Made by a program: the position numbers and the translations under genes. A DNA stretch of 64,000 bases, from contig CAWDVW010000005.1 of NCBI GenBank assembly GCA_963805855.1, positions 160,001-224,000 on the forward strand. Reading direction: 5' to 3'. Of this stretch, positions 58,946 through 64,000 are shown piece by piece. Each line of letters opens with the position of its first letter. Position 1 is the stretch's first letter. This DNA is from Candidatus Dadabacteria bacterium (GTDB lineage Bacteria > Desulfobacterota_D > UBA1144 > Nemesobacterales > CSP1-2). The notes beneath the pieces are model-generated. The model made no database searches. It was not told where the DNA came from and saw only the letters and a program-made list of their open reading frames with translations.

Positions 58946-59126
58946 TTTTCTTTTTAACTTCTTTGTCTTGATACTGAAACGGGTTCAGCACAGGTACAAA
59001 GTAACAACCCTTCGACTTTGCTCACGGCAAGGGCATTTAAACCCTGTCATATCGAGCAATGGCGAGATATCTTTCCTCTTTTATAAATAAAGATCTCTCA
59101 GTCACTTTGTTCCTTCGAGATGACAG
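58946..59126. repeat. Cluster of nested REP-like palindromes
   Basis: TTCTTTGTCTTGATAC[insert]TACAAAG, CCCTTCGACTTTGCTCACGGCAAGGG, and CTGTCATATCGA...TCGAGATGACAG. Confidence 0.65.
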
Positions 59127-59354
59127 TATTGATTGATTGTCATTTTTTTAACATCTTCGTTCCTGATTTTCTTAACGCAATTTTTGGAAGGCCATTTAAG
59201 TTTTTTGATTCAGAGTGACAAACACAATTTATGCTGCGATCCTACTAATGCGGATGGCTCTTAAAATTACAGCCAGGCCAAAAGCAATCCTCTGGTTAAA
59301 TGTTATATTATGATGTTGCATACAACCATATAAACCCAAGAAAGGAGAGATATA

Positions 59355-59738
59355 ATGAGCGACGATAGATATGAACGCGGGCTTAAAAACTTCATAGGAA
59401 TCACTGGTGACGTAGGGGAAAAGTTTATTCGGAATTTGAATGAAATCTCACCTGACTTTTCACGCTACTTAGTCGAATATCCCTTTGGAGATATTTACAA
59501 CCGTCCCGGCCTTGATGTAAAAATGAGGGAACTTGTCACATTGTCAGCCCTTGCGGCACTGGGATATGCAGAACCGGAAGTGAAAGCGCACACCAAGGTC
59601 GCACTCAACACAGGTGTTACGCGTGAGGAAATAATAGAGGTTTTTATTCAAATATCCGTGTATGCCGGCTTTCCGGCTGCGATCAATGCACTTCTTGCCG
59701 CAAAAGAAGTCTTCAAAGAATTGGATGAAAAAAAATAG
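59355..59738 (+). CDS. Carboxymuconolactone decarboxylase family protein
   Basis: RYERG, FGDIYNRPGLD.K.REL.T...L.ALG, H...ALN.G.T.EEI.E, YAGFPAA.NAL. Confidence 0.93.
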   Translation: MSDDRYERGLKNFIGITGDVGEKFIRNLNEISPDFSRYLVEYPFGDIYNRPGLDVKMRELVTLSALAALGYAEPEVKAHTKVALNTGVTREEIIEVFIQISVYAGFPAAINALLAAKEVFKELDEKK

Positions 59739-59842
59739 TCACACCAATGATAAGTTCAACTTATGGTACACAGAACACTTTTTTCGTCTTGTTTGGATGC
59801 CAAAAATTACAGACTTTCCTTCACGAGAGGCTTGTTATGCAA

Positions 59843-61030
59843 TTATTTACCGGCTTTCTTTTCCTTCTTCTCAAAGCTAACCTTTAGGACTCCATCATCA
59901 AAACGGGCATCCTCCACTTCAAGCCTTGCGAGGAAATTCGGCAGGAAAACATTACGCCGCTGGTTTTCGATCTGGATAGTAAGCTCATCACCCGTCTGAA
60001 AAAGGTTGATTTTCTCCTTGGAGACAAATGGGAGTTTCAAATGCAGCTGATAACCGCCCTTCTCCTTAACTATATTGTACGGCTTCCCCGTAAAAAAAAT
60101 CTTGGTTGGGTCCTTACCGTCGAATAATGTCTCACCAAATTTCTCAAGTGAGCTTACACCCATTACCTCTCTTGAAAACATCGGCGCCTCGAAGTGGGGC
60201 AGCGGACTGAAAAGTTCCTCAATCTCCTCCCTGTACCCCTGCTGATGTTTTTTCCATTCTTCGAAAAATGGATCGGTTACGCCTACCGGCATTGACCTGT
60301 TTACTATCACCGCATCGGTAGGGTATCCGTATAAATTGAGGTACGTAAATGCCCTCTGGGTCTCCTTAATCACCATCTTCTCTAGATTCAGTACGAGCCT
60401 GATTGATGTTACCTTCGGATCGGAAAACACCTTATGTATTGAGTCTAGTCGATCGAACAGATCTTCCACAGCATCATATGTATGATCCTCCGGGAGCGGC
60501 ATATTACTTACGACCTTAACCGCAGGTCGAATTACCTTTACAAGCTTCCTTTCGATAGGAAATATCTTCACGATCCACCACCTTGCGACGTCAGGCAATG
60601 ATAGTAACCGAAGTGTCTCTCCAGTGGGGGCGCTATCTACAATGATCACGTCATACAAATCATCTTTGAAGTGACTGTGAACCCAGAGAAAACATGAGAC
60701 CTCTTCCATTCCGGGTAGAACACTAAACTCCTCCGATAGTATGTCATCTACCTTCATCCAATTGAACAAGGAATGCAGATACTTTGTTAAACTCCCCCAG
60801 TATTTTTCAACTGAGTAATAAACATCGATCTCCTGGGCGTACAAGTTAGGCATGATTTTTATCGGCTCGGGGCCTAGCTCTATGTCAAAAGCATCTCTCA
60901 GGCTATGAGCAGCATCTGTAGAAATTACTAGTGTCTTGTAACCCCGTTTCGAACATTGAATTGCAGTTGCCGCGGCCGTCGTCGTCTTCCCAACTCCGCC
61001 TTTTCCCGTGTACAAGATTATTCTCTTCAT
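59843..61030 (-). CDS. arsA: ArsA/GET3 family ATPase with C-terminal HSP20-like domain
   Basis: GKGGVGKTT, STDAAHSL, PGMEE, DSAPTGETLRLL, C-terminal GDEL.I.I.NQRRN..LP. Confidence 0.9.
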   Translation of the reverse strand: MKRIILYTGKGGVGKTTTAAATAIQCSKRGYKTLVISTDAAHSLRDAFDIELGPEPIKIMPNLYAQEIDVYYSVEKYWGSLTKYLHSLFNWMKVDDILSEEFSVLPGMEEVSCFLWVHSHFKDDLYDVIIVDSAPTGETLRLLSLPDVARWWIVKIFPIERKLVKVIRPAVKVVSNMPLPEDHTYDAVEDLFDRLDSIHKVFSDPKVTSIRLVLNLEKMVIKETQRAFTYLNLYGYPTDAVIVNRSMPVGVTDPFFEEWKKHQQGYREEIEELFSPLPHFEAPMFSREVMGVSSLEKFGETLFDGKDPTKIFFTGKPYNIVKEKGGYQLHLKLPFVSKEKINLFQTGDELTIQIENQRRNVFLPNFLARLEVEDARFDDGVLKVSFEKKEKKAGK

Positions 61031-61259
61031 TCAATATTATCCTTTACATTTAGCATTAAACGGTAAAGCCGTTATTCTACCCTTTTTATCGACCTCTAAG
61101 AAATTTTTAAGCGATGAATGGTCGGACTGATGGGGTATCAGTCACTACATTTTCAGGAAAGCTTGATGAAGAGAAGCGGGGTTGGAAAACCCCGCCTGTC
61201 GTAGTTGACTCATTTCTCGGCCTTCAAAAAAGCAGAATGTTCCAATTTTGATGGGTAAG

Positions 61260-62030
61260 TTATTCTTCAATAATCGCAACAGGCCTTGCCCAACCTGCGC
61301 TACCGCCTATTACCTTCATCGGAAAACAAGCTACTTTAAATCCATACGATGGCAATTGATCTAGGTTGGTGAGTTTTTCGATCTGGCAATATTCCCTCTC
61401 AATCCCTGCAAAATGTGCCCCCCATAAAACACTGCTGTCCCCTGTTTTCTTGAACTCCTCCACCATAGTCCAAAATGGTCTGTCCCATCCTGCGGAGTCG
61501 GTTCCCATCACCTTTACTCCCCGGTTACACAGCCAGAGGGTGGATTCCCTTCCCAAACCGGGGAACTGAGACCAGTACTCAATGGTGCCCCATAATTTGT
61601 CAGCGCCCGTCATAACAAGAACGATATCATATGGCTTTATTTCATATGGAATTTTACGAAGCGCTTCTTCGAGGTCAGTTATATCTATTAACTCACCCGA
61701 GCCTTTGTGTCTCATATCTATTACTACACCGTCACCGTAAAACCATTCAACCGGAAGCTCATCAATTGTCTTTGCCTTTTTCCCCTCTGACTTTGGATGG
61801 TAATGCCAGGGGGCATCTATATGCGTGCCAACGTGTGTTCCGAGTGTCACATAATCATTAGCCCACCCCAGCCCGTCCGGAAGGTCCTCTTTCTTACAAC
61901 CAAACCTCTTCATCAAATATTCGGCAGTATCCGCGTGATCTTCGTGCTGTATTTCCAAACGCTGGTGCTCTGGCCCAGGAGCTGGCTCAATTCTTATGCT
62001 AAGGTCAATAAGTTTTCTTTTTTCAGACAT
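61260..62030 (-). CDS. Cyclase family (kynurenine formamidase-like) protein
   Basis: HVGTHIDAPWH, TIDELP.EWF.GDGVV.D, GTD..GWD, QIEKL.NL..LP, GSAGWARPVA. Confidence 0.92.
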   Translation of the reverse strand: MSEKRKLIDLSIRIEPAPGPEHQRLEIQHEDHADTAEYLMKRFGCKKEDLPDGLGWANDYVTLGTHVGTHIDAPWHYHPKSEGKKAKTIDELPVEWFYGDGVVIDMRHKGSGELIDITDLEEALRKIPYEIKPYDIVLVMTGADKLWGTIEYWSQFPGLGRESTLWLCNRGVKVMGTDSAGWDRPFWTMVEEFKKTGDSSVLWGAHFAGIEREYCQIEKLTNLDQLPSYGFKVACFPMKVIGGSAGWARPVAIIEE

Positions 62031-62072
62031 TGGAGAGAAGATTGACTCATCCAGGTTAAAATTTTAAATACC

Positions 62073-62519
62073 CTAGAGTTGAGAGGCACAATGAGCACAT
62101 TTTGTAGCTCTTAAGGGTATTGCAGATAAGCAGTAGGTACACTCCTTTGTCGTTGGCTCGGCTGGCGGTGCCTCCTGCTCACGTTTAAGTTTGTTTATAC
62201 TGCGGACAAGCAAATAGACAGCGAAGGCAACGATGATAAAACTGATGATTGTATTTATAAACTTACCATAAAAAATAGCAACGGCCCCTGCCTTTTCAGC
62301 ATCTGCAAGTGAAGCGTATGGACCAGCAGGCGTTCCATCTTTCAGCACAGCGAAGAGGTTTGAGAAGTCAACATTTCCCAAAAGAAGCCCAATCGGCGGC
62401 ATGATCACATCATTTACGAGCGATGTCACAATGGTACCAAAAGCAGCTCCAATTATGATGCCGACAGCCATGTCCACGACATTTCCCTTAACGGCAAACT
62501 CTTTAAAATCTTCTAACAT
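62073..62519 (-). CDS. mscL: Large-conductance mechanosensitive channel
   Basis: [47 protein letters not shown]-terminal CxxC...CxxC. Confidence 0.96.
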   Translation of the reverse strand: MLEDFKEFAVKGNVVDMAVGIIIGAAFGTIVTSLVNDVIMPPIGLLLGNVDFSNLFAVLKDGTPAGPYASLADAEKAGAVAIFYGKFINTIISFIIVAFAVYLLVRSINKLKREQEAPPAEPTTKECTYCLSAIPLRATKCAHCASQL

Positions 62520-62765
62520 GTCAATACCCTCTTTGGTCTTACTTCATTTGTACTTTCAGATAAAATTAAATCTCAATGATTGTTACTAATGACTGAGAAA
62601 TTGAAGCACACAAATTGAATTTAAAACATTCTGAGTAGAATAGTCAAGCAAAATTTACGATTGATTCAACTCTCTCATTTACCTGTAAATCAGCTGTCGA
62701 ATTGAGATTTAAAATTTACACATTCGCGAAACAATCGGTTAAAACTAGGCAAGATAATCGTATTT

Positions 62766-64000
62766 TTACCGGAGCTGTGATAATAGGTTTTCAATCTGTT
62801 CTACGGCATTAGCTACCCCTTTCTCAGTCCGTATTTTTTCACTCAGTGCAGTGGCATGCCCCTGAATTTCGGCACTGTTAACGGCGATATTGATTGATGT
62901 TGCTAACCGTTCAGCAGTCAGCTTTTTAAATGGTATCGGCTTAGTACCCACACCCAACTCGGACACCCTTCTCCCCCAAAATGGCTGATCAACAAAGAAC
63001 GGAACAATCACCGAGGGTTTTCCCACCCTTAGAACCGAGGCCGTCGTTCCCGCACCTCCATGATGAACCACTGCAGCCATTCTAGGAAATAGCCAACCGT
63101 GTGGGGCAGAATCGATTTTGATTACACTGTCAGGCAGATCCGTGCCACCAAGACATCCCCAACCGTTTAATAAAACCCCTCTTTGGTTTGAAAGCTTCAA
63201 TGCCTTTAAAACCATAGCTCTTACAGATTGAGGATCATGAAGGGTCATGCTGCCAAATCCTACATAAACCGGCGGCTTACCTCGTGAGAGAAATTCTACT
63301 AATTCGACCGGTGGAGACCAACCTGTTTCGTTCTCGAGAAACCAGTAGCCAGTGACCTTAATATTTTCGCCCCAGTCAGGCGGCTTTGGAAAGACTGATG
63401 GGCTGATGCCGTATAGAACCAAGCTCTCCTTTCTTCGCCTGCTTTGAAAAGATTTTATACCCAGGGGTGGTAAGTCCAAATACCTTCTACGTAATTCATT
63501 TATAATAGCTCTATACGGCAACCAAGTCATCAATTCGTATATCTTCCATGAGAAGAGATTTAACATTCTACCGAGATTGCGCTGAGTTGGTGATAAGAAA
63601 CTGGGTATCTGCGTTGTGGGGTGCGCTGGCGCCAGGTAGGCCGCGACAGCAGAAATATTTAGCTTTTCTGCAACATGGAGAGCAAAAAACGTGCTGAACG
63701 GAGAATAAACTACAAGATCAGATGCCTCGCAAGCATTCAGACAGTCAAGACCGGTTTGGATAAAGCTTGGTCTTACCATCCGGCTAAAGTTTATCCACGA
63801 TCTAAATGGATTAGACCCGTTTTTTAGCGCCTCCTGCCCAGCCCTGCTTTCTAACGTTTTCTTAGGATCCACCTTTATCAAAAAAAACCCCAGCCCATTA
63901 CTCTGGACAACGCCCTCAAATATCGCGTGTGTCGCAACTGCTACGTCATGTCCCTTTGATTTTAGCCCCAAGCCCAGCGCGACAAGTGGTTGAACATCAC
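62766..64000 (-). CDS. GT1 family glycosyltransferase (sterol glucosyltransferase-like), 5'-truncated by the window
   Basis: DVQPLVALG..L...GH.V, P.P.DW, PVYVGFGSM, PHGWLFP, HHGGAGTT, PFFVDQPFWG. Confidence 0.93.
   Translation of the reverse strand, partial: DVQPLVALGLGLKSKGHDVAVATHAIFEGVVQSNGLGFFLIKVDPKKTLESRAGQEALKNGSNPFRSWINFSRMVRPSFIQTGLDCLNACEASDLVVYSPFSTFFALHVAEKLNISAVAAYLAPAHPTTQIPSFLSPTQRNLGRMLNLFSWKIYELMTWLPYRAIINELRRRYLDLPPLGIKSFQSRRRKESLVLYGISPSVFPKPPDWGENIKVTGYWFLENETGWSPPVELVEFLSRGKPPVYVGFGSMTLHDPQSVRAMVLKALKLSNQRGVLLNGWGCLGGTDLPDSVIKIDSAPHGWLFPRMAAVVHHGGAGTTASVLRVGKPSVIVPFFVDQPFWGRRVSELGVGTKPIPFKKLTAERLATSINIAVNSAEIQGHATALSEKIRTEKGVANAVEQIENLLSQLR

Overview
Bacterial chromosomal window of moderate GC content. 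The gene set (futalosine menaquinone genes, CarD, GlnE, sigma-54 promoters, cytochrome P460) fits a deltaproteobacteria-like lineage such as Desulfobacterota/Dadabacteria; this is an inference. It holds about 60 housekeeping and accessory genes, and no rRNA, tRNA or CRISPR array was seen. Several genes are broken by single-base frameshifts, mostly in the first 18 kb, probably from assembly errors. The non-coding DNA is unusually rich. (1) A ~3-kb island splitting the ubiA-ubiX / ubiD-mqnE cluster carries three copies of a ~220-bp module: a rod-shaped ~130-nt putative ncRNA on the minus strand with compensatory base changes, overlapping divergent sigma-70-like promoters, and an ECF-type TGTCCT-N16/17-TCGTCGT promoter, next to a remnant of an ECF42-like sigma factor. 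This is the best candidate for an undescribed system. (2) An intact IS481 element and a decayed relative both sit at the same position in a GGGAC REP-like motif, and an empty copy of the target is nearby. (3) An internally deleted RAYT element and many REP-like motifs fall at gene-block junctions. (4) A decayed integron has a Pc-like promoter, an attI-like site, two cassettes with attC sites and a possible intI relic. (5) A mosaic Cys-rich secreted protein has a GC-rich FGE-sulfatase domain and a repeat that continues past an in-frame TGA at a Cys position.
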